NCBI GenBank assembly: GCA_965263355.1
Contig: CBDHHL010000010.1
Span: 1 to 25,574 of the forward strand
Direction of reading: 5' to 3'
Source: Leptolyngbyaceae cyanobacterium
Lineage (GTDB): Bacteria; Cyanobacteriota; Cyanobacteriia; Phormidesmidales; Phormidesmidaceae
Length of the DNA: 25,574 nucleotides
The notes beneath the pieces were generated by a model. The model was given only the letters and a program-made list of their open reading frames with translations. It made no database searches and was not told the origin of the DNA. Shown here piece after piece: positions 1 through 8,711 of the stretch. The position numbers were made by a program, and so were the translations under genes. How positions within the stretch are numbered: the first letter of the stretch is position 1; the number at the start of each line of letters is the position of its first letter.

Positions 1-486
1 TGTGAGCAGCTGCAACACGACGATCATTACACACAACAAGGACATAACACACACGGAAGAAGACACATATGAACACAACCCTTTCACGCTAGAAGCTATA
101 TACACATATACATATATACACATATTACATACACACGTTACATGACCTTTTACACAATAAAAGTCAGTCTTGACAACACGCTAAAACAGTCCACACGTTT
201 CATGCGTTATCGTATATATTCTTATTCATAAGTGCATTTATTCCGTGATATCTATCCGTCAACATAGGTAACTATATTCATAAGTATAAGTATATTAGGA
301 TACCAGCAAAGCGACGGTATCTACATATACGTGATTAGGTCTCTTGACCTATAGCTAGGATACAAGGCCTGATAAAGCGATATCTCCCTTTATCAGACCC
401 GACCTAAAGGCGCCGAGGTTACATAACGTCCTCACACGCCTTAAGTGATCATTACCCCTTCCTTAGGGAGATAGGGTAAGATCACA
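1..486 (+). repeat. 5' LTR
   Basis: Starts TGTGA and ends TCACA (482-486), followed by AA and the PBS. The 3' LTR is preceded by TT, so the unintegrated ends would read TTTGTGA...TCACAAA. Confidence 0.95.
156..198 (+). promoter_or_regulatory. LTR core promoter/poly(A) module: AATAAA, Inr TCAGTC, DPE-like element
   Basis: AATAAA 156-161; TCAGTC 164-169 fits the arthropod Inr TCAKTY (A166 = +1); G at +24 (189); ACACGT at +28..+33 (193-198) fits the DPE range DSWYVY. The 3' LTR AATAAA is at 15235-15240. Confidence 0.6.
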
Positions 487-488
487 AA

Positions 489-501
489 TGGTGGCAGCGG
501 T
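489..501 (+). promoter_or_regulatory. Primer binding site, tRNA-Leu type
   Basis: TGGTGGCAGCGGT, 2 nt after the LTR end, is complementary to the 3' end ...ACCGCUGCCA-CCA of metazoan tRNA-Leu(AAG/UAG) as recalled. Confidence 0.85.
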
Positions 502-1700
502 TTTAAACAACCCAGTGGTTTGTGATGGGTACCAAATTATTTTTTCATTTTCTGTTTTATGCTTTTAACATAGTCCTTGGACCCTACTTTTTAAATATGA
601 TTGTATTATATAAAGCTCATAAATATTGCTATAAGAGCTGTTTTACTGAACTAGGTTGAGTTAAAAGTGCCAAAAAATGAATTAAGCAAAAAAATTCAAT
701 TTCACTTTGAAGGCCAACAAAGCTGTTTAAAGTTAATATATTGGATTTTATCAATTATTTATGAAAAGTAATGATGTTAGAGAGTAAAAAAATTCAGATA
801 TCAGTGGATTGGTATTTTAAATTATTTTGAGTAATGTGGCCTCAACCTTGTACTTTTTAAAAATTGTAAAGGCAATTTTAAGCTATTCCTACTATTTTTA
901 CCTTAACTTTACGCAGCTGAGGCTTATATTTTTGAAATCTTGTATCAAGACAAAAGAGGTATGCATGTGCATAAAGTTTCAAGAAATTGCTTCAAATACA
1001 TTTTCAAAACGCGCCTATTTGTTGGCATTTTGGGGGCTTTACAGACCAAAATTGATATGTATGTATAGAAATGTGTTTAAAATTGAAAACGACCTACTAG
1101 GTTTGAATCAAAATCATGTAGTAGAACAATGCCTTAAAAAGACGAAAAACTTGAGATATTTGTTTTATCCAACTTTCCAACTTTTAGGAAAACAGTGGCT
1201 GGCAAACAAAAATCAAATTACCTTTTGAAGGTTGAAATTGATATTATTTGTAACAAAACATGTTTAAAATGTCAAATTATTGTATAATTTGGTATTTTTA
1301 GCTAAAATATTCCCAAATAGTTTAGATTTTAAATTGTCATTTTAAGCACTATGCCCTGCTCGTACAGACCATTATTTTCCCCTCAAATATTGCTCACGCT
1401 ACCACTTAACATTCCAATTTATTTTCCGTTAGCTACAAGCTAGCTTCTGTGAGAAAATACTGCATTTATAATGCATTTCCTCCCAACGGTCGCCCTATAT
1501 TTCTTAAATTAGGTGGTCATTCCTAGCTACTTCTTTTCATTTCCGCCATACTAAACTCCCCACGTATAGAGATCATCGGCATCCAACACGTGGTGTCAGC
1601 TAACGCAGGCAAACATCCGCTAGCATTACCCCACCATGTGCTTGTGTGCTGAGCCCCACTTTTGAGCCAGTGTGATGTAAAACAGGGCGCCAAATTTAAA

Positions 1701-2030
1701 CGTCTGGGACGGTGCTTTCTTCAAAGCGAAACTGACTGTGTGTCAACAGGGGAGACTGTGTGCCTCCTCTGGATCTCTTAGCCGGGCTAATTGATCAATC
1801 GGGTAGCAACAACCGAGATGCTCTGGGAGCATCCTATAGGACGCCAGTTTTCTCCTCCTATAGTAACAGCATGTGTGTACTGGGTGCACACCACACAATA
1901 GAGCACTGTGTGTGCATTGTGTGACAATTTGTATACACGGGGTGTATACGGTGCTTCCTCTCTGGGAGAGGAGCTAGTCGGGGACTAGCCATGCTCTGCG
2001 TGTGCACATTATACTGTACCGGGTACAGTG
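1701..2030 (+). other. Array of eight stem-loops with C(NGG)G triloops in the leader; candidate packaging signal
   Basis: Hairpins at 1701-1711, 1778-1790, 1817-1833, 1873-1891, 1931-1949, 1956-1972, 1973-1989 and 2013-2029. The structure is seen directly; the function is inferred. Confidence 0.75.
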
Positions 2031-2395
2031 CGCTGTGTGCGCGGCTGTGTGCCGAATGAGTGATGCTATGCATCTCCCTTGGGACCTCTAATGTCCCCAT
2101 CCTTGCTGGTCGCTGTCAGAAAACGGGTGCGCCCTGAAAAGTGGAACATGCCTATATGCATAGCTACAGCCCTCTTATCTAACACGGCCTACCTATGCAT
2201 CATAGTGCACGGTCTCTCTATACATAATGAGTAGTCACTGGCATCTTAACATTGCTTCTAACAATTAACATTCAGTCTCTCTGACCCCTCCAAACTGTTC
2301 ACACATCTTGACCACCCACCATGCAACTTCCAACCCTCCCTCTTGCTCTAATTATAGTAAGCGACCGTTAAGACATATGCTTCAGCACATTATAT

Positions 2396-2413
2396 TTAAC
2401 CCTTCTTTCTTAG
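2396..2413 (+). promoter_or_regulatory. Putative splice acceptor upstream of gag
   Basis: TTAAC CCTTCTTTCTTAG; no ATG between 2414 and the gag ATG at 2793. Confidence 0.55.
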
Positions 2414-2695
2414 GTCCCGCGCACTCTTTACACGCGCGTGCTTTTCCCTAAGAAAGTTATAAAAACCCTTCTACCACTTTCCTAACTCTTAATTGTTTCC
2501 ACACACTCACACTTCACATACTAACACCAGAATCGCTTTTCTGATTCGGTCCCATAAGCCTTGGCTTATACTCAACACGATCCAGCTATAATTCCACGAA
2601 GTGTCCCCGATACAAGGTCCAACCAGTAGCCGTCGCAAGCTGCCAGATCGCTACCAATATACGATCCGAGGTCTCTGACCTCCCAACTTTAACCT

Positions 2696-2786
2696 ACTGA
2701 TCCAGCACACTGCTAAAGAGTAGCGGTCTATCAGTATCCACTTCCCACTGATCCAGCACACTGCTAAAGAGTAGCGGTCTATCAGT
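2696..2786 (+). repeat. Perfect 40-bp direct repeat x2, each unit a stem-loop
   Basis: ACTGATCCAGCACACTGCTAAAGAGTAGCGGTCTATCAGT at 2696-2735 and 2747-2786, ending 6 nt before the gag ATG. Confidence 0.95.
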
Positions 2787-2792
2787 GCAAAG

Positions 2793-4037
2793 ATGAACGA
2801 CCACGAGAGAGCCATTTACGCCGATAAGCTTGCCCTCAAGCAAGCTTATGCGCCGTTCCCTGTACTGTCCACCACGGATCCCACCGACTTCAAACGTTGG
2901 AGGGATTCCTTCACAGAGATCGCTATCCTCAACCGCACCAGGGAGCAGGACGCTGTCCGTGCTGCCAGGAACAACCTAAAGGGTGCGGCTTTGCAAAGAG
3001 CCAAGCAGATTGTTCCAATCATCACAGACGATGACCCCTATACAGGCACTAAACTGTCGCAGTACATGTTTTGCCTGTCCAAGGCCTTCTTGGATGATGC
3101 TTCCCCTGCCAGGAACCTCAAACTGTTCCAAACGGCAGCACAAAAGCATGGCGAAGATTTCCACGACTTGGCTGTGAGGATCAAGACCTACTACATGGAG
3201 GCTTATCCCACAGCCAACCACGATAACATAGAGGCAAACACCCTCGTGATTGACCGCTATGTGGATGCCATTAAGGACCTCAGCATTCAGCAGTCCTTAC
3301 TCTCTGTACAGAAGCCAACCATATCAGCCACGTCCCAGATTGCATACCGGTTGCGTCAATCCGTCTTGCAATCTTACATCAGCTGTGCACCAGACAAGAT
3401 CCTCGAGCTCCAGCGGTTGAGACCGTTCCTCTTCATCTCTCCTGAGGAAATTTCAGGCTTGCCAGGCCACCAAACCTACCAACAGGACCAGTCAATCAAC
3501 CAAATGGCTCCCCCACCAGCACCCCCACAGGCGCCAACTGCAGCAACCCCTGTAGCACCAGCAAGTGAACCTATTCCACCGGCACAGCCTCAGCCATCAA
3601 CATCTTTCAATATAGATCCAACCCAGCTGCAGGCAGCCCTCGGCATTCAAGCTTTCATGAATGCTGCTACCAGATCCCCTCAGAAGTCAACCTCTAGAGG
3701 CCAGGGAAGACCAAAGCCGCGCCAACAGTCGCGCACCGACCTCTCAACAGTCACCTGCTACAACTGTGGCACCAAGGGGCATCTGGCTAGGAATTGCACG
3801 AGGCCCAAACCCAATTCCTCAGTCAGGCTGGTCCTCCCCAGACGGTCAGGCAACCAGTCAGGCAGAAACTCCACTGCTAGAAAGTCTTTCCATAACAAGC
3901 TCAGACAGAGGATCAACGCCCTCTCAGCCGAGGACTTCGGCAGATTCGCTGAATCCATCAGCAATCTGGAATACACAAGTGATCCAGAAGCCTCGGACAT
4001 CACTGACGAGGAGTCCGACGCAGAGCAGGGAAACTAG
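2793..4037 (+). CDS. gag: Gag (capsid-like region, Pro/Gln linker, single CCHC zinc knuckle)
   Basis: 414-aa ORF; CYNCGTKGHLARNC (CX2CX4HX4C) flanked by basic residues; located between the leader and pol. Confidence 0.93.
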   Translation: MNDHERAIYADKLALKQAYAPFPVLSTTDPTDFKRWRDSFTEIAILNRTREQDAVRAARNNLKGAALQRAKQIVPIITDDDPYTGTKLSQYMFCLSKAFLDDASPARNLKLFQTAAQKHGEDFHDLAVRIKTYYMEAYPTANHDNIEANTLVIDRYVDAIKDLSIQQSLLSVQKPTISATSQIAYRLRQSVLQSYISCAPDKILELQRLRPFLFISPEEISGLPGHQTYQQDQSINQMAPPPAPPQAPTAATPVAPASEPIPPAQPQPSTSFNIDPTQLQAALGIQAFMNAATRSPQKSTSRGQGRPKPRQQSRTDLSTVTCYNCGTKGHLARNCTRPKPNSSVRLVLPRRSGNQSGRNSTARKSFHNKLRQRINALSAEDFGRFAESISNLEYTSDPEASDITDEESDAEQGN

Positions 4038-7000
4038 ATCAGCCGGGTTCCACCCGGCTACCTTCACCCGCAATAACCCAGATCCAGGACACCAATACAC
4101 ACGAATCTGACTCTGGTGCAGAAGATGATTCAGATAATGCTGATGAACAAGACACTCCCAACAATGACACAGAGGAAGACCCAGAGGCTACGGCCTTCAT
4201 CTCTCACTTGCAACAACTTCCACATGCCATTAGGCATAAGGAAACTGATACGGAGGCCCGTAAGGCTAAGACCTTCAGGAAGTTCTTACGCTGTTCAGTG
4301 GACGGCCACACTGTCAACGGCCTCGTGGACGGTGGCAACACCTGGCACTCATGCATCTCCGAAAACTTCATGAAAGTTTTAGGATGGAAGAAGACAGACC
4401 TCCTCCCCACCAAGTATTGCAATGTAAATACGGCCAAGAAGGGATCCTCTATCAAGTCCCTCGGACAGTTGCCAAGGCCCTTGACCCTAACTCCTTCCAA
4501 CGGAGGCGCACCTATACAGTTCCAGCCCATGGTCATGAGATCGCTGTCCACTTCACTCAATATCTCAGGACCTTTGCTCGAACTTTGCGGTATCGATCAC
4601 CTCACCTCCAAGGGTGCCCTCAATTGGAGAGGCAAAAGGATTCCACTCCTCAACAGACCCAGTCTCAAGGACTCAGCAGCTATTTCCATCCTCGAGACAG
4701 CCACACTTCCACCAAAGTCCCTCAAGTTAGTCCTAGGAGTCTGCCCAGACACAATCAACTCAACCTTTGCATCTGGCACTGTAGTGGTTGAAGGAGACAA
4801 GTTATTAGCAGAGGAAACCAACCTAGCACCTGCCAGGAATGCCCTCTGCACAATTACACCAGAGGGCTCCGTCTATGTGCCCCTTATCAACCCACATCAC
4901 TACCCCATCACCATCAAGAACGGTACCTTCTATGGGCGAGCTCACCTCACCAAGACCACGCTGCTCAGCAATGGCATCCAGTCCATATCCATGGTCTCAG
5001 ACTCAGCTGATGACTCAGGTTATGACAGCGAGGACGAGGATACCCCACAGGACATCAAATATTTTGAGAACCTCCCGGAGGACCCAGAAACAAACCCCTC
5101 TGACCAATACACCAATTGGTCTGATGACCAGAAGAAACAATGGTTCCTGGACACATACAAGTTAGACACCAGGCCCTGCTTCAAAACTCAACACCAGCTG
5201 AACCTGGCACTAGACACCCTCACCAAACACTTTGACCTTTTCTCCAAGGACGGCTCCTATGGCTTCAGTGACCTCATCACTCACAGAATCATAACGGACG
5301 ACGTCCAGCCTGTCAAGGACAAACTGCGACCCTGTAATCCACTGCTACAAGACTCACTCAAGGCACAACTAGAGAAATGGGACAAACATGGAGTCATCGA
5401 GCCCTCATACTCCCCATGGGCGGCCAATGTTGTCCCAGTTAAGAAGAAAGACAACTCCATCCGCTGGTGTATTGACTACCGCAAACTCAATGCGGTTACT
5501 AAGAAGGACAGCTTCCCCATGCCGAGCGTCTCGGAAACATTCAACGCTTTGGCAGGATCCTGTCTCTTCTCCAGTGTAGATATGGAAGGAGCATTCCACT
5601 CTGTGGCAATTCACCCAGCTGACAGGGAGAAGACAGCCTTTATCACACCATTCGGAACATTCCAGATGAAGAAACTGGGCTTTGGAGTTAGCAATGGCCC
5701 TGCAACATACTGCAGGCTCATACAGATGGTTCTCAGAGGAATCCCCTCATCCATTGCTTTGGGATTCCTCGACGACGGAATTATTCATTCCAATGATGTC
5801 GAGACCCATTGCCAAAACCTTGACAGAGTCTTCACAGCATATGCCAATGCTGGCCTCAAGATCAACCCAAAGAAGTGCTCATTATTCATGGAAGAAATCA
5901 ACTACCTGGGCCATACAATCAACCAGCACGGCGTCAGACCACCCGCAGAATACATCGACCAGATCAAAACATGGCCAGTCCCTGACTCTCCAAAGAAGAT
6001 ACGGCGCTTTCTGGGAATGGTCGGCTACTACAGAAACCATATCCCCGATTACGCTCTTCTCTCAGCCCCATGGACAGACGCCTTGAAGAAAGACAACGTC
6101 AAAAAGAAGATCAAGCCCACACCTGAGATGATTGCCAACTTTGACAAACTCAAAGAGAAACTCACCACGGCACCCATACTGGGCTTCCCATACTTCCATG
6201 GACCAAAGGCGGGCACCTTCATCCTCGACACAGACTTTTCCTGCAAACAGATCAGCGGAATCCTCTCACAGATCCAGGATGGACAGGAAGTGGTCATAGC
6301 TTACGGCTCCAAAAAGCTAGACAGTGGTCAACAAAACTACCCATCCACAAAAGGGGAGCTGTTCGCTGGTAAACACTTCATGCAGAAATATGCATTCTAC
6401 CTCAAGTGGTGCCAACAGTTCACCTGGAGGACCGATAACTCAGCCCTCCAATGGCTGAACAGTATGCAAGATCCGCCCAGTATCATCTACCGGTGGCGAG
6501 AAGTACTCAGGGACTTCAACTTCAAGGTGGTTCACAGGGCAGGAACCAAGCACACCAATGCTGACTGCTTATCGCGAGTGGAATTCGATCAACCACCACC
6601 CAAGAAACCTAAGCTCCAGACAGAAGACCAAAACACCCTGCCGGAGGACCACAAAACCCTGCCGGAGGACCACAATTCCCTGCCGGAGGACCACAATTCC
6701 CTGCCGGAGGACGCCACAGTCGCAGCCCTAGCCAATGATGCGGATTCACTGTCTTACAAACCACAGGAACCCACATGGCAAGACCTCCTCCAGCCCACAG
6801 CTCCACCTCCTCCAAACCAACTCATGAAGCGCATCACTGACCTCATTCCAGTCAGTATGGAGGACGAACAGCAGAAATGCTCCACCCTCAGTATGGTTCG
6901 CAAATGGATTAGAGGCATTGACAAACCAGATAGGCTCATGCAGCGATGCTTAACCCCAAACCAGAAGAAGTACTTGGGCACCCTCTCCTCCCTCAAACTC

Positions 7001-8575
7001 ATACAGAGAGGAAAGGAACATGTATTGTGCTCCCTGTATCTCAAAGATGACGGTACTGTCCCACACTACCAAATCTGCCTCCCAGAACACCTCTGGGTAC
7101 CGGTCATCCAAGCAGCACACACCCTCAATGGTCACATGTCGCATCAAAGTACCCTGGACCGTCTCAAAACCCTGGTGCATTTTCCCAACATGTCTAAAAT
7201 GGTTAAGCAAGTTATCCACTCGTGCCAACCATGCATAACCAAACACAAGACAGCCAAGCCCCAGAAGCACACGCTCATTTCCAGTATGCCTCCCTATCCG
7301 TTCCACACCATCCACGTGGACTTTGTTGGCCCCATTTACAAGTCATCGCAGGGGAACCAATACATATTCACGGTCAAAGACGCTTTCTCACGATGGGTGG
7401 AAGCATTTCCCATGAAGGAAGCCACAGCCAACAACGCAGCCTTCTGCCTGGAAACACAAGTATTCCCACGTTTCGGTCTTCCCCAAAGGATACACTCAGA
7501 TTGTGGTTCACAATTCACAAGTAACTTCTGGAAGCAGTTAGGAGAACAACTTAATATCAAGATCTCCTACACCACTCCATACCACCCCCAATCAAACGGG
7601 ATGGTTGAACGCTTCCACAGGGACCTTGGGAAGATGCTGGCCGCCACCAACAAAGGCGGCTCAGAAGACTGGGAACAAGGCCTTCCAGCCGCACTGATGG
7701 CTCTCAGATCCGCAAAATCCAGAACCACGAATCTGAGCCCTTACTCAATATTGTTTGGCCGGGAAATGTCTCTGCCACTAGACCTGATTTTCGCACTCCC
7801 TGATAAGGATACTGAACACATCACAGATGCTAAGGCTAGAGCCTTCACAATCAGGAAGAGAATCAACCGGGCCTATGAGTGTGCCATTATACACGCCCAT
7901 AGAGCTGTAGAGAGGCAGAGACGTTCTTACCACCAGGACAAACAATATTTCACCGTTGGCCAAAAGGTGTGGCTTTACACTCCCAAGACATTCGACAGAG
8001 GCCCAACCAAGTTGAAAACTAGATGGTCCGGTCCCTGGACAGTCTGCGCACCACCGGGCAATGAGATTATGATCCGCATCTCACCCATGGCAGGTTGGCA
8101 GTTCAAACATTCCATAGTGGTCGCCATTGACAGACTCAAGCTGTACACAGGAGAGAACCCCATAGAGCCTGACCCCTCTTCTGACCTACAAATGACCGGT
8201 GATGAATTTGCAGAGGAACTAGACCCTGCGGAGTTCGAGTGGAACAACGACCACTCTGTCGACCTTGAGACCTACAAACACCTCATGCCAGTGCTCACAG
8301 GGCCTTCACCCTACCCAGATGACACATTAGACGACGGTGATCAAGCACGACCTGGCACACCCCCTCAACATAGTGATATTCAAACAAACATTAGTCAAAC
8401 CAATACTAGTCCAACACAGACACAAGTGCAGTGCCCAAATAAAGCCCCTACACCAATTCAAACAGTGCTGACCAGTGTTACATATCCCATAGTTTCTGTA
8501 CAACTCTTTCCACCAATCATCAGCAATATGAAATATAAGCCAAAGATCCCATCCGCTTCCAGCCGGAAGAATTAG
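4007..8575 (+). CDS. pol: Pol polyprotein (protease, RT, RNase H, integrase), expressed as a Gag-Pol fusion
   Basis: PR-like LVDGGN; RT SPWAANVVPVKKKD..RWCIDYRKLN..FLDD; RNase H ILDTDFS..ELFA..TDNSAL..NADCLSR; IN zinc finger H..H..CQPC, core HVDFVGP..HSDCGSQF..SNGMVERF, GPY/F-like RWSGPW. Frame extended upstream to the stop at 4004-4006. Confidence 0.97.
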   Translation, partial: RGVRRRAGKLDQPGSTRLPSPAITQIQDTNTHESDSGAEDDSDNADEQDTPNNDTEEDPEATAFISHLQQLPHAIRHKETDTEARKAKTFRKFLRCSVDGHTVNGLVDGGNTWHSCISENFMKVLGWKKTDLLPTKYCNVNTAKKGSSIKSLGQLPRPLTLTPSNGGAPIQFQPMVMRSLSTSLNISGPLLELCGIDHLTSKGALNWRGKRIPLLNRPSLKDSAAISILETATLPPKSLKLVLGVCPDTINSTFASGTVVVEGDKLLAEETNLAPARNALCTITPEGSVYVPLINPHHYPITIKNGTFYGRAHLTKTTLLSNGIQSISMVSDSADDSGYDSEDEDTPQDIKYFENLPEDPETNPSDQYTNWSDDQKKQWFLDTYKLDTRPCFKTQHQLNLALDTLTKHFDLFSKDGSYGFSDLITHRIITDDVQPVKDKLRPCNPLLQDSLKAQLEKWDKHGVIEPSYSPWAANVVPVKKKDNSIRWCIDYRKLNAVTKKDSFPMPSVSETFNALAGSCLFSSVDMEGAFHSVAIHPADREKTAFITPFGTFQMKKLGFGVSNGPATYCRLIQMVLRGIPSSIALGFLDDGIIHSNDVETHCQNLDRVFTAYANAGLKINPKKCSLFMEEINYLGHTINQHGVRPPAEYIDQIKTWPVPDSPKKIRRFLGMVGYYRNHIPDYALLSAPWTDALKKDNVKKKIKPTPEMIANFDKLKEKLTTAPILGFPYFHGPKAGTFILDTDFSCKQISGILSQIQDGQEVVIAYGSKKLDSGQQNYPSTKGELFAGKHFMQKYAFYLKWCQQFTWRTDNSALQWLNSMQDPPSIIYRWREVLRDFNFKVVHRAGTKHTNADCLSRVEFDQPPPKKPKLQTEDQNTLPEDHKTLPEDHNSLPEDHNSLPEDATVAALANDADSLSYKPQEPTWQDLLQPTAPPPPNQLMKRITDLIPVSMEDEQQKCSTLSMVRKWIRGIDKPDRLMQRCLTPNQKKYLGTLSSLKLIQRGKEHVLCSLYLKDDGTVPHYQICLPEHLWVPVIQAAHTLNGHMSHQSTLDRLKTLVHFPNMSKMVKQVIHSCQPCITKHKTAKPQKHTLISSMPPYPFHTIHVDFVGPIYKSSQGNQYIFTVKDAFSRWVEAFPMKEATANNAAFCLETQVFPRFGLPQRIHSDCGSQFTSNFWKQLGEQLNIKISYTTPYHPQSNGMVERFHRDLGKMLAATNKGGSEDWEQGLPAALMALRSAKSRTTNLSPYSILFGREMSLPLDLIFALPDKDTEHITDAKARAFTIRKRINRAYECAIIHAHRAVERQRRSYHQDKQYFTVGQKVWLYTPKTFDRGPTKLKTRWSGPWTVCAPPGNEIMIRISPMAGWQFKHSIVVAIDRLKLYTGENPIEPDPSSDLQMTGDEFAEELDPAEFEWNNDHSVDLETYKHLMPVLTGPSPYPDDTLDDGDQARPGTPPQHSDIQTNISQTNTSPTQTQVQCPNKAPTPIQTVLTSVTYPIVSVQLFPPIISNMKYKPKIPSASSRKN
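4028..4059 (+). promoter_or_regulatory. Programmed -1 ribosomal frameshift signal (gag-pol)
   Basis: Slippery G GGA AAC (4028-4034) in the gag frame directly before the gag TAG; 6-nt spacer; 8-bp stem AGCCGGGT-TCC-ACCCGGCT (4041-4059). The pol frame is -1 and open from 4007 with no ATG before the protease motif. Confidence 0.9.
6623..6712 (+). repeat. In-frame 21-bp tandem repeat (~4 copies) in the RNase H-integrase linker
   Basis: CCCTGCCGGAGGACCACAA(AA/TT) units encoding (N/K)(T/S)LPEDH. Confidence 0.92.
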
Positions 8576-8602
8576 CTAACCCTCTTACCATTTATATTCC
8601 AG
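8575..8602 (+). promoter_or_regulatory. Putative splice acceptor for ORF3
   Basis: GCTAAC branch point at the pol stop, pyrimidine tract, TTCCAG; the first downstream ATG is 8712 in strong context (ACCATGG). Confidence 0.65.
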
Positions 8603-8711
8603 TGTTTGTTTCTGCCTACCTCCACTGCCATCCACCACCACATACACAAGCCTTCGCTGATCGCTTTCCCCTGTTCCAATACACAGTACAGCAACCAACC
8701 AAATCACTACC

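Noticed and set aside
827..1228. 133-aa ORF in the AT-rich leader
   Set aside because: TTG start, composition typical of AT-rich non-coding DNA, no motifs.
2696..2786. Hammerhead ribozyme or CRISPR-like reading of the 40-bp repeats (also CTGATAA in the LTR)
   Set aside because: No CUGANGA...GAAA core; only two repeats with an 11-bp gap; eukaryotic context without cas genes.
5765..5776. RT motif FLDD instead of YxDD as an inactivating change
   Set aside because: Both catalytic aspartates are intact and F at this position occurs in functional RTs.
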